Virus record (IMG/VR): IMGVR_UViG_3300042297_000490 | Origin: an uncultured virus (IMG/VR IMGVR_UViG_3300042297_000490) | Lineage: Duplodnaviria; Heunggongvirae; Uroviricota; Caudoviricetes | Length of the DNA: 64,000 bases | Reading direction: 5' to 3' (one strand) | Part shown: piece by piece, positions 63,181-64,000 of the stretch | Numbering within the stretch: position 1 is the stretch's first letter | How the letters are laid out: the number at the start of each line of letters is the position of its first letter | The notes under the pieces: model-generated | Databases searched by the model: none | The model's input: only the letters and a program-made list of their open reading frames with translations | What the model was told of the DNA's origin: nothing | Program-made: the position numbers and the translations under genes

Positions 63181-64000
63181 ATGGAGTTAATAAACGCAAT
63201 GGACATTAAGAAAGGTAAAAAAACCAAAAAAAGTAAATTTGGTGTATTTACCCAACCAATACAGTTTTTACCTGCTGATGAAAAAGATGATGAGTGGTAC
63301 AGACATAACATGGATTGGTTAGAATGGCAAGGAATTAAACAAATTTCTACCAAGGCTCGACGTATAATGAAAAATTATAAGTTGGCTAAAGGTACAATCG
63401 ATAAGACTGATTACATTCCTACTGTAGAGAATGACATGACAGAGATGTTGGAAGTTCTTACTGAAGATCGTGATAGCGCAATGGAATTAAAATTCTATCC
63501 AATCATACCAAATGTAATCAATACACTTGTTAGTGAATTTGCAAAAAGAAATACACGTATTGATTATCGTGCTATAGATGAGTATTCTTTTAATGAAATC
63601 ATGGATAAAAAAGTACAGGATATAAGTTCTGTATTGATTGAACATGCACAGCAAAAGTTAATGGCTCAAATGCTAGAAATGGGAATGGATCCTAATTCCG
63701 AAGAAGCACAACAACAACTTGATCCAGAAGCATTAAAAAAACTTCCAGGAATTGAAGAGTTCTATTCTAAAAAATATCAAACATTAGGAGAACAATGGGC
63801 TTCTAAACAACATGCAATTGATGTCAATCGATTCCGTATGGATGAAATGGAAGAAGTTGCTTTTAGAGATTCATTGATTGCTGATTGTGAGTTCTGGCAT
63901 TTTAAAATGTTGGAAGATGATTACAATATTGAATTGTTAAATCCAGCATTAACATTTTATCATAAATCACCAAGCACACAATACATCTCTCAAGCAAACT
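63181..64000 (+). CDS. Portal protein, 5' part (runs off the window)
   Basis: Open frame MELINAMDIKKG...FYPIIPNVIN..; follows terL as in crAss-like gene order. Confidence 0.75.
   Translation, partial: MELINAMDIKKGKKTKKSKFGVFTQPIQFLPADEKDDEWYRHNMDWLEWQGIKQISTKARRIMKNYKLAKGTIDKTDYIPTVENDMTEMLEVLTEDRDSAMELKFYPIIPNVINTLVSEFAKRNTRIDYRAIDEYSFNEIMDKKVQDISSVLIEHAQQKLMAQMLEMGMDPNSEEAQQQLDPEALKKLPGIEEFYSKKYQTLGEQWASKQHAIDVNRFRMDEMEEVAFRDSLIADCEFWHFKMLEDDYNIELLNPALTFYHKSPSTQYISQAN

Noticed and set aside
1..64000. Stop-codon reassignment as seen in some crAss-like phages
   Set aside because: Long genes are intact under code 11, coding density is high, and TAG and TGA both end genes at coupled junctions
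1..64000. Integrase, reverse transcriptase/DGR, or the RNA polymerase catalytic subunit
   Set aside because: No recognisable motifs in this window; the virion RNAP invoked in the findings is assumed to lie outside it

Overview
AT-rich, gene-dense 64 kb segment of a crAss-like (Crassvirales-type) dsDNA phage, probably infecting a Bacteroidota host: TAnnTTTG promoters are present and leaders are A/T-rich without Shine-Dalgarno sequences. There are three blocks. (1) 1-7726 (+): the end of the giant virion/cargo protein cluster. (2) 7701-50343 (-): replication and nucleotide genes (family B DNA polymerase, Dda/RecD-like, DnaB and SF2 helicases, primase, SSB, AAA_24 ATPase, MoxR/vWA pair, ThyX, MazG-like protein, ClpS, DnaJ), grading into small early-type genes and a highly structured, largely non-coding control region at about 46.5-50.9 kb. 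(3) 50877-64000 (+): RepL-like gene, tail fibre, lysis genes, HU/IHF, nuclease, large terminase and the start of the portal. The most striking unexplained features are: a tandem ncRNA cassette (a 146-nt tRNA-like RNA with a pseudoknotted insert in place of the anticodon loop, followed by a ~180-nt multibranch RNA); five copies of a hairpin-plus-box element upstream of early genes (candidate virion-RNAP promoter); a polarised 11-12-mer dispersed through the leftward arm; three palindromes in front of repL; and a catalytically degenerate UNG sharing its start codon with an antisense gene. All product calls come from motif recognition by eye; no searches were run.
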